DNA from: a bacterium
GTDB lineage: Bacteria > Zhuqueibacterota > Zhuqueibacteria > Oceanimicrobiales > Oceanimicrobiaceae
Length of the DNA stretch: 36,983 nt
Direction: 5' to 3'
NCBI GenBank assembly: GCA_046757525.1
Contig: JBHHYI010000020.1
Location: 1 to 36,983, forward strand
The notes beneath the pieces were generated by a model. It did no database searches. It was not told the origin of the DNA and was given only the letters and a program-made list of their open reading frames with translations. Below are positions 8,527 to 17,631 of the stretch, in pieces. Made by a program: the position numbers and the translations under genes. Every line of letters starts with the position of its first letter. Position 1 is the stretch's first letter.

Positions 8527-10002
8527 CTAATTTTCAGAAGGCCTGAACAACCAGAATCCCAACAAGCTGGCAGCCAGTCCCCACAGAATGTACCCAAGTC
8601 CGGTCTCTAAAAGCCAGTCAGGCTCGAGTGCGACTAACAGACCCCTGCTTTCCAGAAAGTAAAAGACCAACGTGCTCACAAAGCCGGCCAGGGCCGAGGC
8701 TTGCACTTGCTTTTTTGTGGCTTTAGGCCAGAACAAGGCCATCATGGGCATGAAAAGGGTGGTGGTCAAGATGCCGGAGGAAAGATAGAAAATATCCCAC
8801 AGGGAGTCGGTGAAAATGGCGTACAGATAAGCCAAAAACACCGCGCCCGCCGACATGTAGCGGGAAAGACGTTGGCGATTCAGGGGCCGTTTTGATTTGG
8901 CCAGCAACGGTTCCAGCAGATCGTAGGAGAGGGAAAGCGCCACCACGTTGCCGCAGGTGTCGATGGTAGACATGGAGGCGGCAGCCAGGCCCAGGATGAG
9001 CAGCACGTTCATCAACGGCGTCGCGTGGTCGCGCATGAGCACGGCGAAAATGGCTGCCCCGTCGTTGAGCTCAGCGGGGATCACAGTGCCTGCGGGCGGG
9101 TACAAATACAAGGCGGCCAGTCCAATGATCAGAGGGAATATTCCCGTGAACAGCAACGAGTTCACACCCGCGATGGCGATGCCTTTGCGGGCAGCAGGTG
9201 TGCTCCTGGCCGCTTGAAAGCGCAGCCAGATGTCCGTTTCAACCAGCCAGCCAGGCAGATAAGCGACCAAAGTCAAAGCGGTAAGCGCCGGGCCAACCGC
9301 AAACAGGGAAAGGGCCGGGCGTTGCGCTTTAGGCGGCACAATCAGATTGTTTAGCACCCCTGTGAGAGTATCCTGCGCCAGGCTTGCTTTGACTGCAACC
9401 CAACTAATCGCCACGATAAAGAACGCCACCAGCGCGTACTGCACCTTGTCGGTAATCACCACCGCTGCGAAGCCGCCCATGAAGGAGTAAACGGCCACCA
9501 CCAGGGCGATAAGCGCCAGAATGGCGTGAAACGGCACTTCCAAAATTGGACTCAGAACCTGGGCTGCCGCGAAAATCTCGGCACCGCCCCAGACGACGAA
9601 GACAAACGCCAGCGGCAGGGCAAAATGAGAACGCAACTTCGATCCGAATCTCTGAGATAGCATTTCAGGCTGGGAGAAAGCAGGCAGTTTGCGAAAATAG
9701 GGGGCCAGCGTAAAAAAGCCCACCATGGCCAGCAGCCACGGAATGGCTAGCAGCCAGACGGCGCTCAGGCCGTACCAGTAGAAAAGCTGCACATCATACA
9801 CGCAGGACCAGCTTATGGACATGAAGCTGGCGGAAACGGACAGACCCACCGCCCAGGAAGAGAGGGATTTGCCAGCCGACCAGAAATCCGATTGCGCGGC
9901 TTTGGCTTGTTTGCCGCGCACATAGCTGCGCCAGCCGACGTAGATTACGAGAAAGGAATAGCTCAAAAAGCCTGCCCAGTAAATCCAGCGCATTTCCTTC
10001 AC
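8527..10002 (-). CDS. Sodium:solute symporter (SSS/PutP-PanF family)
   Basis: About 13 hydrophobic helices. Motifs DFWSAGKSL, LSVSASFMS, YSFMGGFAAVVITDKVQ and AAASMSTIDT. GTG start overlaps the upstream TGA. Confidence 0.9.
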   Translation of the reverse strand: MKEMRWIYWAGFLSYSFLVIYVGWRSYVRGKQAKAAQSDFWSAGKSLSSWAVGLSVSASFMSISWSCVYDVQLFYWYGLSAVWLLAIPWLLAMVGFFTLAPYFRKLPAFSQPEMLSQRFGSKLRSHFALPLAFVFVVWGGAEIFAAAQVLSPILEVPFHAILALIALVVAVYSFMGGFAAVVITDKVQYALVAFFIVAISWVAVKASLAQDTLTGVLNNLIVPPKAQRPALSLFAVGPALTALTLVAYLPGWLVETDIWLRFQAARSTPAARKGIAIAGVNSLLFTGIFPLIIGLAALYLYPPAGTVIPAELNDGAAIFAVLMRDHATPLMNVLLILGLAAASMSTIDTCGNVVALSLSYDLLEPLLAKSKRPLNRQRLSRYMSAGAVFLAYLYAIFTDSLWDIFYLSSGILTTTLFMPMMALFWPKATKKQVQASALAGFVSTLVFYFLESRGLLVALEPDWLLETGLGYILWGLAASLLGFWLFRPSEN

Positions 10003-10571
10003 TTCGGCGCTGTTTTTTGCCAGTAGACATCCTTAAGGCCATTTTTGTGATTCTCGTAGCGGGCAAGGACAAAAAGGGCATCTGAAAGGCGGTTCAAGTA
10101 TGGCTGAACATGCGCACCAAGCTTTTCTTCCCGCGACAAACTCACCACGAGTCGTTCGGCCCTGCGGCAAACACAGCGGGCCTGGTGCAGAAAAGCCGCG
10201 ACCCGGGTGCCGCCCGGCAGAATAAAATCTCTTAGAGGCTTTAATTCCTTATTCAGTTTGTCCATGAGCTTTTCTAATTCTTTTACCTGTGCGGCTTCGA
10301 TCACAGGCATTTCCCATTTGCCCTTGTCCTGGTCCAAAACACACAAATCACCGCCCAGGGTAAAGAGCTCGTGCTGGATTTTAGTCAGTGCTTCACTAAT
10401 TTTTGCAGACGGCTTAAACGCCAGGGCAATGCCGATGAGCGAGTTGAGTTCGTCCACCGTGCCATACGCTTCGATTCGAAGAGAGTCTTTCGGCACTTGC
10501 TGGCCACCGCCCAACCGGGTTTGGCCCTGGTCTCCCTGGCGCGTGTAAACTTTGGTTATTCTGAGGCTCAT
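9999..10571 (-). CDS. pduO: PduO-type ATP:cob(I)alamin adenosyltransferase
   Basis: Signature motifs KVYTRQGDQGQT, RIEAYGTVDELNS, FILPGG, RCVCRRAER and YLNRLSDALFVLAR. Confidence 0.95.
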   Translation of the reverse strand: MSLRITKVYTRQGDQGQTRLGGGQQVPKDSLRIEAYGTVDELNSLIGIALAFKPSAKISEALTKIQHELFTLGGDLCVLDQDKGKWEMPVIEAAQVKELEKLMDKLNKELKPLRDFILPGGTRVAAFLHQARCVCRRAERLVVSLSREEKLGAHVQPYLNRLSDALFVLARYENHKNGLKDVYWQKTAPK

Positions 10572-10651
10572 ATTAACTCCCGTGGGTGCAGTTAAAAAGA
10601 TTCTTTCTGAAAGACACCGCTCATTCGGCCGCTTCCGAGAATCCTGTTGTG

Positions 10652-10750
10652 GGCCGTGATGGAAACTCCGTTACGACCGCGTTTTGGGGTTCTTACAACT
10701 CAGGGCACCCGATTGGTTGTCTGAGCAACTAAGACCCCTGTTTCCCCAAA
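10652..10750. other. Two-hairpin structured intergenic element between divergent pduO and M24 genes
   Basis: Stem 10652-10678 (ggccgtgatgga/tccgttacgacc). Long imperfect stem 10686-10738 (ggggttcttacaactcag.../...ctgagcaactaagacccc). Alternative pairing tttgggg/ccccaaa. Confidence 0.5.
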
Positions 10751-10800
10751 GTTACTTTCTCCTCCGAATTAAGTCAAGATAAAAGTTAGCTGGTTTTCCC

Positions 10801-10829
10801 TTGACATTTAGGCCATTACATGTTACTTT
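10801..10829 (+). promoter_or_regulatory. sigma70-type promoter for the M24-kinase-activator operon
   Basis: TTGACA at 10801-10806, 17-nt spacer, TACTTT at 10824-10829 with extended -10 TG at 10821-10822. RBS GGAGG lies before the ATG at 10854. Confidence 0.7.
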
Positions 10830-10853
10830 TTACCACAAAAGTGGAGGGTACTC

Positions 10854-12158
10854 ATGTTGAAAATGGCTTTCCTTGCGGTACTGGGGTTGGGTCTACTCGC
10901 TGCTTCAACCCTATTTGCTGGAACCGGATTGGACAAACCGAAGATCGATCATTCTGCGATTCAGCGGGAGCGCATCAATGAATTGTTGCCACAAATAATG
11001 AAAGAGCAGGGCGTGGAGCTCTGGTTGGTGTTCACGCGCGAGAATTCCATTGACCCGATTTTGCCCACCATTGGCGTGGAGCAGGTGGTCGCACGCAGCG
11101 CTTTTATTTTTTCAGTCAAAAATGATAAGTACAAAAAAATTGCCATTGCAGCCAGTTACGATGTCTCGCCCATCGAGGCCACGGGTTTGTACGATGAAGT
11201 CATTTCCTACAAGACCGAGGGGGTAAAGCCACACTTGCAGCAGTGGATTGAGAAATTAAATCCGACGCGAATCGCCGTCAACTATTCCAGGGATGTGCCC
11301 ATCGCCGACGGCTTGACTCTTGGCATGCGCAACTACCTGGAGGAAGCTCTTGGGAAGGCTTACGCGAACAAGTTCGTTTCGGCGGAGAACCTGGTCGTTT
11401 CGTTGATCGGGCGCAAGTTGCCTATGGAAGTGGCAGCACTCAAAACCGCAGTGCTCGCCACCAAGCAAATCATTGCCGAAACCTTGAAGTCCGAACGAAT
11501 TGAGATTGGCGTTACGACGGAGAAGGACCTGGGGGATTTTATGACCCGACGGACCAAAGAAATGGGCATGGAAGTCGCATTTCTGAGCCTGGTCGTGGGC
11601 CCAACCCGCGGCCACTCCGCGCCAACCAATCGCATCATTCAGCCGGGTGACCTGATCCGAATAGATTTTGGCGCGCGCTACGAGGGCTACGCAGCCGACA
11701 TTCAGCGCACCGCGTACGTGTTGAAGGCAGACGAAGACGAACCACCTGCTGAAATCAAACATTTGTGGGCAGTGGCTCTGAAGGCCAATCAAGCGTGCGT
11801 TGCTGCTATGAAGCCGGGCGTGAACGGCAACGACATCGACAAAGTGGGTCGCAAGGTCATCGTCGATGCCGGCTTTGAGGGTTACCCTCATGGCGCGGGC
11901 CATGCCATCGGCCTGAAGGTGCACGACGTGGGCGCCATTTTGGGGCCCGATTGGAAGGAACGCTACGGCAACACCGTGTTCTTTCCCCTGGAGCTCAACC
12001 AGGTTTACGCCGTGGAACCCATCCTCTACGCCCCTGACCCGCGCACCGGTGAGGAGATCAATATTGGCATAGAAGAGGATGTCATCATGACCAAGGAAGG
12101 CGCCGTCCACATTGGAGAGCCGCAGACGCAGTTGATCGTCATTGACTGCGGTTGCTGA
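10854..12158 (+). CDS. Exported M24 family metallopeptidase (Xaa-Pro aminopeptidase-like)
   Basis: Signal peptide. Pita-bread metal ligands IDFG, ADIQRT, GHAIGLKVHD, VEP and IEED. Confidence 0.92.
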   Translation: MLKMAFLAVLGLGLLAASTLFAGTGLDKPKIDHSAIQRERINELLPQIMKEQGVELWLVFTRENSIDPILPTIGVEQVVARSAFIFSVKNDKYKKIAIAASYDVSPIEATGLYDEVISYKTEGVKPHLQQWIEKLNPTRIAVNYSRDVPIADGLTLGMRNYLEEALGKAYANKFVSAENLVVSLIGRKLPMEVAALKTAVLATKQIIAETLKSERIEIGVTTEKDLGDFMTRRTKEMGMEVAFLSLVVGPTRGHSAPTNRIIQPGDLIRIDFGARYEGYAADIQRTAYVLKADEDEPPAEIKHLWAVALKANQACVAAMKPGVNGNDIDKVGRKVIVDAGFEGYPHGAGHAIGLKVHDVGAILGPDWKERYGNTVFFPLELNQVYAVEPILYAPDPRTGEEINIGIEEDVIMTKEGAVHIGEPQTQLIVIDCGC

Positions 12159-12179
12159 GTTTGGCGAGAATTCTTACCT

Positions 12180-13634
12180 ATGAAATTCTTACACAAACAG
12201 ATACTCATCCTGATTATTTTTGTCGGGGCTGTTTTTGGTGCGACGGTTTATTTTGCCTTTCAGGGGATCGAGCAGACCGTGGATGCTTACTCGGCTCAAT
12301 CCGCCTATTTAATCGCCACCCAATTTCTACCTGTTCTTGAGGAAACAACCGCAGGCATGAAGCTTGCTAACGATCATGAAAACGATTTAGCCAAACAGAT
12401 TCGGCAGGCGCTCATCCAGGAGCCAGCCTTGTTCAAAAGCATCGAAGATGTATATTTTGTTGATTCGCAAAATGTAATCCAATTTGCATTAAACGCCAAA
12501 TTAGGCGGGCAGAAATACCGCAGTGAACAAAAAGTGGAAATGCCCCTGGAAAGGGGGGATGCAGAAGGTATCCAGATATTCAAATCGACCAGCGCTCATG
12601 AATACGAAGCGCTTTGTTCCCTGCGGGGTTTTGAAGGGTCCAAAGGTGTTCTGAGAATAAAGTTGACTTCCGGAAGTTTGCAAAGGAGCCTTCAAAGGGT
12701 GGCGTGGAAGATTTACCTGATTGGTTTTGCTGCCGTCTTGGGGGCTATTTTGATCTCTTTAATCACTGGAAGAGTGATGAAATCGCCGGTGAAAGCAGTG
12801 GAAAACGCCATGACCGCGATCCACAGGAGAAAGTACGGCTACCGTTTGAAAAGCAAAAAGACAGACGAGTTCCACGGACTTTACCAGAAAGTAAACTTGG
12901 CCTTGCAAAGATTGGAGCAGTTGGATTCGGTACAAAGAACGGCCGTGCAAAGGCGAAATGTTCTCCTGAAGGAGATTAAGACGGTTTCAAGATTTCTGGA
13001 CATCATGGCGCATGAAATAAAAAATCCGCTACACGCCATGGGCATCAATTTGGATGTTTTGAAAACCAAAATCCGCAAGAGTCAGTCCAAGAGCGACACG
13101 CTAAAACACGCTGAGATTCTCGAAAACGAAATGGAGCATCTGCAGGAAGTTGTGCGCGGCTTTCTGAGCTACGTGCGCCCAGGCGTGCCACAGAAGCAGC
13201 GAACCGCGGTGAACGAAATCATTAAATCTGTCTGTCAGATGGTTTCGGCGGAAGCGGAGAAGGCCCAGGTAAGCATCGAAACCAGGATGGGAAAGGGCTT
13301 ACGCGAGGTTTTGCTGGATCAGGGACAATTTCAACAAGCCTTGCACAACATCGTCATCAACGCTATCCATGCCACCGGCAAAGACGGCAAAGTGTTTATT
13401 CGATCCTGGGGAAAAAGGAAAACAGTGTTGGTGTCGGTTAAAGATAATGGCAGTGGCATAAGCCCGGAAGAATTGAAGAAGATATTTGACCTTTACTACA
13501 CCACCAAGAAAGGCGGCACCGGTCTGGGCCTGCCCATCACCCGAAGAATCGTGGAGGCCAATGGGGGACAACTACAATTGGAAAGCAAAGTGGGCAAAGG
13601 CACGACCGTGACGTTTCTATTTCCAACGCCTTGA
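12180..13634 (+). CDS. Membrane sensor histidine kinase (2 TM, HAMP, HisKA, HATPase)
   Basis: H-box AHEIKNPL, N-box NIVINAIHA, G1 DNGSGI and G2 GGTGLGL. Confidence 0.95.
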   Translation: MKFLHKQILILIIFVGAVFGATVYFAFQGIEQTVDAYSAQSAYLIATQFLPVLEETTAGMKLANDHENDLAKQIRQALIQEPALFKSIEDVYFVDSQNVIQFALNAKLGGQKYRSEQKVEMPLERGDAEGIQIFKSTSAHEYEALCSLRGFEGSKGVLRIKLTSGSLQRSLQRVAWKIYLIGFAAVLGAILISLITGRVMKSPVKAVENAMTAIHRRKYGYRLKSKKTDEFHGLYQKVNLALQRLEQLDSVQRTAVQRRNVLLKEIKTVSRFLDIMAHEIKNPLHAMGINLDVLKTKIRKSQSKSDTLKHAEILENEMEHLQEVVRGFLSYVRPGVPQKQRTAVNEIIKSVCQMVSAEAEKAQVSIETRMGKGLREVLLDQGQFQQALHNIVINAIHATGKDGKVFIRSWGKRKTVLVSVKDNGSGISPEELKKIFDLYYTTKKGGTGLGLPITRRIVEANGGQLQLESKVGKGTTVTFLFPTP

Positions 13635-13668
13635 CGTCCACTGAATACTCGTAAACCAGCAGAGGAAA

Positions 13669-15057
13669 ATGGGAAGCAATGCACAATATCGCATTTTAGT
13701 GGCAGATGATGAGGTTGCGATTACCGAAGGCCTGTCTGCCATGTTGGAATTGGAAGGCTATCAAACGGCCACGACAAATGACGGTGCTGAAGCCCTCAAG
13801 GCCTTGCAAAATGACGCTTTTAATCTGGTGTTGGTGGACCTCATGATTCCGGGATTAACCGGTTTGCAGCTTTTGGAGGAGTTGAAAAAACAGCAGATAT
13901 TGACGGAGGTCATCATCATAACCGGCCAGGGAACCATCTCAACGGCTGTTGAGGCCATGAAAGCTGGCGCTTATGACTACTTGACCAAACCGGTGATTCC
14001 CGATCGCTTGCGCTCCATTATTCCCAAAGCCCTGGAGCACCAAAACCTGGTGCTCACCAACAGAAAGCTCGAGCAAACCATTCAGAATCTCACGCGCTTT
14101 GACGAGCTCATCGGGCAACACGAGACCATGCGCAACTTGTACCGGCTCATCGATGCGGTGGCAGACTCAACCGCTAATGTTCTGTTGACCGGCGAAAGCG
14201 GTACCGGCAAGGAACTGGCGGCCAAAGCCATCCACCGCAAAAGCAGCCGCGCCAAAGGCCCTTTTGTTGCGGTGAACTGTTCAGCCTTTCCAAGAGATAT
14301 CCTGGAGAATGAACTGTTCGGTCACGAAAAGGGTGCCTTCACTGGCGCCTTGAATGAAAAAGCCGGTTGTTTTGAAATGGCTGACCACGGAACGCTTTTT
14401 CTCGACGAGATTGGCGAAATGCCGGCTGACACTCAGGCCAAACTGCTGCGTGCTTTGGAGGAGCGCCGCTTCCGGCGACTGGGCGGAACTAAAGAAATCA
14501 GTGTGGACGTGAGGGTGATCGCGGCAACGAATCGCAACATCAAAAAGGCCCTGGAAGAGGGTAGCTTGCGGGAGGACCTGTACTACCGATTGAGCGTTGT
14601 GGAAATCGAGTTGCCGGCTTTGCGACAAAGAATGAGCGATTTGCCCGCCCTTTTGGCTGACTTCTTAAAGATGTTTAACGAAAGGAACAAGAAGGAAGTC
14701 AAAGGGTTTGCCCCCGACTGTTTAGAAGTTTTGCGGCAATACCATTGGCCCGGCAATGTGCGCGAATTGAAGAACGTGGTTGAAAGAGCCGTGATTCTTT
14801 GTGCGGGTGAACTGGTAGAGATTAAGGATTTGCCAAAACAAGTTTTTCAATCCACAGGAAGCCACAATTCACTAACGGTTGAATTGGGCAAACCGCTGCA
14901 GGAAATCGAAAAGGAAGTCATTTTCGAAACGTTAAGGATGACCAGGAACAACAAGACCAAAGCGGCCCAGCTTTTGGGAATCAGCTTAAAAACCATGCAC
15001 AATAAAATCAACCGGTACCTGGTCCAGGACGCTGATGAGGATGTAAGGCGAGTTTGA
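13669..15057 (+). CDS. NtrC/AtoC/ZraR-type sigma54-dependent response regulator
   Basis: Receiver (VADDE...LVDLMIP), Walker A GESGTGKE, intact GAFTGA, FLDEIGE, WPGNVREL and Fis-type HTH (NKTKAAQLLGIS). Confidence 0.96.
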   Translation: MGSNAQYRILVADDEVAITEGLSAMLELEGYQTATTNDGAEALKALQNDAFNLVLVDLMIPGLTGLQLLEELKKQQILTEVIIITGQGTISTAVEAMKAGAYDYLTKPVIPDRLRSIIPKALEHQNLVLTNRKLEQTIQNLTRFDELIGQHETMRNLYRLIDAVADSTANVLLTGESGTGKELAAKAIHRKSSRAKGPFVAVNCSAFPRDILENELFGHEKGAFTGALNEKAGCFEMADHGTLFLDEIGEMPADTQAKLLRALEERRFRRLGGTKEISVDVRVIAATNRNIKKALEEGSLREDLYYRLSVVEIELPALRQRMSDLPALLADFLKMFNERNKKEVKGFAPDCLEVLRQYHWPGNVRELKNVVERAVILCAGELVEIKDLPKQVFQSTGSHNSLTVELGKPLQEIEKEVIFETLRMTRNNKTKAAQLLGISLKTMHNKINRYLVQDADEDVRRV

Positions 15058-15067
15058 CGCGAAACTC

Positions 15068-15082
15068 GTGTAACATTTACAC
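15068..15082. promoter_or_regulatory. Palindromic candidate upstream activator site (enhancer)
   Basis: GTGTAA-cat-TTACAC perfect dyad about 125 bp upstream of the sigma54 site. Confidence 0.55.
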
Positions 15083-15207
15083 AGTGTGCCCTGCCAATTA
15101 GGTGTGGTGGCCCATTTGCTAATGCGCGTTCTCTTCCTCACGTAATCCTTGTATTAACAGATAAATGTCCAATAAACAAAACTCTGTTCACACCTCCAGT
15201 ACATTCC

Positions 15208-15223
15208 TGGCACCATCCTTGCA
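15208..15223 (+). promoter_or_regulatory. sigma54 (-24/-12) promoter
   Basis: TGGCAC-catcc-TTGCA, an exact match to the TGGCAC-N5-TTGCW consensus, 78 nt upstream of the LysM gene start. Confidence 0.85.
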
Positions 15224-15301
15224 AAGTGTGGAAACAACTGTCAAGCGCACCGGTGCAGCCACTCGTGGAACATCCGTACAAACTTTGCAAGGAGTAGGGT
15301 C

Positions 15302-16030
15302 ATGCGACGATATTTCCTGACGCTGATTTTTACGTTTCTTTTTATTCTAACCCTTGAACCGACCAGGGACTTGTTTAGCAAGTTCTTTCGGTTGGACGAA
15401 CCGACGGTTCACGAAATCCACTCAGGCGAATGGCTCAGCAAGCTGGCTGCTACTTATTACGGCGATGCCAGTTATTGGAAAGAGCTGGCTTTAGTCAATC
15501 GCGCCCCTGATGGCAATCGAATTTTTCCGGGTGAGCATGTCATCATACCCAGTTTCGAAATTATCCGGGAAATTAGAAGGGCTGGCCGACTGTCGCAAGT
15601 GAACGATCTGGTCAAGGGACAATTAGACGTTCTGGAGGGCCTGGCTTCACGCGACGACGAGCGCGTGCCGGTGAATCAAGTCACGGGTGGAGCACCGGTC
15701 GGGGAGAGTTTGTCACAGGCCCCCGCGCTGCCCAATGAAAGCAAACATCCCGGGCCGGTTGCGCAGAGCGCCAAACTCCAAACCGAAAGCTCTCCTATTA
15801 CGTTGATTCTGTTGGTAGGGGTCGTGGCATTGTGTGTCCTGCTCATCGGGAGTGCGCTGTATTTTCTACGCAAGCGCCGGCGAGAGGACATCGAGTATTA
15901 TGGGAAGACGACTGTGGACGAGGGCCAGGACGAGGACCATGCCACTGGAAATCTGTTCTTACAAGGCTTTGCAGCAGAGCCCGGAGAAATAGATTCTACC
16001 AATGAGAGAAAACAGATCGAGCTGACGTAG
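15302..16030 (+). CDS. LysM-domain protein with signal peptide and C-terminal transmembrane anchor
   Basis: HEIHSGEWLSKLAATYYGDASYWKELALVN...IFPGEHVIIP (LysM). TM helix followed by RKRRR. RBS AGGAG. Confidence 0.85.
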   Translation: MRRYFLTLIFTFLFILTLEPTRDLFSKFFRLDEPTVHEIHSGEWLSKLAATYYGDASYWKELALVNRAPDGNRIFPGEHVIIPSFEIIREIRRAGRLSQVNDLVKGQLDVLEGLASRDDERVPVNQVTGGAPVGESLSQAPALPNESKHPGPVAQSAKLQTESSPITLILLVGVVALCVLLIGSALYFLRKRRREDIEYYGKTTVDEGQDEDHATGNLFLQGFAAEPGEIDSTNERKQIELT

Positions 16031-16067
16031 GCTTCTGTTTAATGTTGTGATTCCTAATTACCGTTGC

Positions 16068-16134
16068 AAACCCTGACAGGGTTTCATTGGACGATCACAG
16101 CGTTAGTTTTGCCGTTCAGAACCCTGTCAGGGTT
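16068..16134. repeat. REP-like inverted doublet
   Basis: aaaccctgacagggttt (16068-16084) and its reverse complement aaccctgtcagggtt (16120-16134). Each arm is itself a hairpin. Confidence 0.75.
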
Positions 16135-16286
16135 GCTATGTTAATTGAGAATCGCTCATTTAATGACCACAAGTGTGAGTTTTCGGTCACACACTAACCA
16201 GATCCGGACGAAGGTGGAATCGAATACCCAAAAGCAGAACCAGGCGATTTCACCTTCTGGCATATTTTCCTCAGGAGGACCATTTA

Positions 16287-16670
16287 ATGAAGCATCGCGT
16301 TTTGATTGTCGACGATCAGAGGGATACCGCTTTGGTCCTTCAGGAGTATTTTGTGGACAACGGACTTAGCGCCGACGTGGCCCTGAATGGCAGCGAAGCC
16401 GTTGGTAGGTGTCGAACCCGCAAATACGATGTCTTGTTGGTAGACTTCAAGTTACCAGACTTTGATGGCGTCGCAGTTGTTGAACATTGCCTTGAATATC
16501 TGCCCAACGTGCGGGTGATTTACCTTACTGGTTACGACATGCAACTCAAGAGACATAAGTCGCCCGTAAACCCCAGTCGGATCATTGAAAAACCCTGCCG
16601 ACCTGCCAAAATCCTGGCGTGTATCGAAGACCTTTTAGGAAACGCTCCTCCGGGGCGAACTTACAGTTGA
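16287..16670 (+). CDS. Single-domain response regulator (CheY-like receiver)
   Basis: Motifs LIVDD, LLVDFKLPDFDG, YLTGY and IEKP. RBS AGGAGG. Confidence 0.9.
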   Translation: MKHRVLIVDDQRDTALVLQEYFVDNGLSADVALNGSEAVGRCRTRKYDVLLVDFKLPDFDGVAVVEHCLEYLPNVRVIYLTGYDMQLKRHKSPVNPSRIIEKPCRPAKILACIEDLLGNAPPGRTYS

Positions 16671-16690
16671 TTCCCTTTGAGCACACAGGC

Positions 16691-16799
16691 AGTCGTCCTG
16701 AGTAGTCCCGACCGCTTTTTGGTCGGGACATATCGAAGGGCGACGGCCGTCACCCCTCGATACGGTCACCTGAACAGCGGTGACCTACTCGGGATGACT
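16691..16799. repeat. Multi-stem palindromic (REP/MITE-like) element
   Basis: Ends agtcgtcctgagtag / ctactcgggatgact. Inner stems gtcccgacc/ggtcgggac, tatcgaaggg/cccctcgata and ggtcacc/ggtgacc. Confidence 0.75.
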
Positions 16800-16810
16800 C
16801 ACAACTTGGT

Positions 16811-16910
16811 CTTTTGGGAAACGCTTCTGGTGTACGTAACGCAATCGTCGCGATTGCTGGGGCGTTTCCGACATTTAAAGCAATCCGGTTGCACCGGATT
16901 GCGAGGGCTC
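16811..16910. repeat. ~100-bp dispersed repeat, copy 1 (compact form)
   Basis: Near-identical to 33874-33919 plus 34220-34269. Contains ggaaacgc/gcgtttcc, gcaatcg/cgattgc and gcaatccgg/ccggattgc stems. Confidence 0.85.
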
Positions 16911-16946
16911 CTAAGTAATTGAACTCACAGACCTTAAGGAACCAGC

Positions 16947-17615
16947 ATGTTTTACGGAATGAAACTTGGATTGCAAACCATTCTTGCGCGCAAGCGATTT
17001 GCACCTGTCAACATGTTGGTCGGTATCTTGATCACCACGCCCGCGTTCGCTCAGAAGGGTTCGGTGCAATTGAGTTGGCAGGCTAACCAGGAATCTGATT
17101 TGGGCGGTTACAAGGTTTATTACAGCCAAAAGTCCGGGCATTACGACCACGTGATGAACGTGGGCGACATTACGGCTTACCGGATTGGCAACCTGGATCT
17201 GGGCGTTCGTTATTATTTTGCGGTGACGGCGTATGACTTCTCCGGCAACGAGAGCGGCTTTTCTGATGAAGTTACCGCGGCGGTACGCAACGCCTCTGAC
17301 ACGACTTCCCCCACAGGGGCAGGGCTTTTGCCGCTGGTTTACAATTACCCCAATCCGGTCAGAATAAAGCGGGACAGGACGGTCATTCGCTACGAATTGA
17401 CGGAAGCCGCCGAGGTCAGTATCGACATTTTTGATTTAAACAACAATCTGGTGAAATCCATTTTGAAGAATCAGTTCAAGAGCGCCGGTGAGCATACTGA
17501 GGAGGTTTGGGACGGCACGAATTCTAACGGCAAACCGGTTGCAATTGGGGTTTACTTCTGTAGAGTTCAGGTGCCTGGAATCCAGAGAGTCATCAAAATT
17601 GCAGTAGTGCGGTAA
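16947..17615 (+). CDS. Small secreted fibronectin type III + FlgD-Ig (T9SS sorting) protein
   Basis: VQLSWQAN..DLGGYKVYY...YYFAVTAYDFSGNES (FN3). YNYPNP...WDGTNSNG...GVYF...KIAVVR (sorting domain). The true start may be a downstream Met. Confidence 0.88.
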   Translation: MFYGMKLGLQTILARKRFAPVNMLVGILITTPAFAQKGSVQLSWQANQESDLGGYKVYYSQKSGHYDHVMNVGDITAYRIGNLDLGVRYYFAVTAYDFSGNESGFSDEVTAAVRNASDTTSPTGAGLLPLVYNYPNPVRIKRDRTVIRYELTEAAEVSIDIFDLNNNLVKSILKNQFKSAGEHTEEVWDGTNSNGKPVAIGVYFCRVQVPGIQRVIKIAVVR

Positions 17616-17631
17616 CACTTTCAAATGGACT

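Noticed and set aside
10575..10780. Canonical cobalamin riboswitch or 6S RNA upstream of pduO
   Set aside because: No B12-box or GCCACTG/GGGAAG motifs are visible, and there is no single long 6S-like rod. Kept only as an unassigned structured element.
11256..12110. 284-aa antisense ORF, plus similar shadow ORFs over the symporter, activator and helicase genes
   Set aside because: Each lies opposite a well-supported gene with GC-rich codon bias and has no recognisable motifs.
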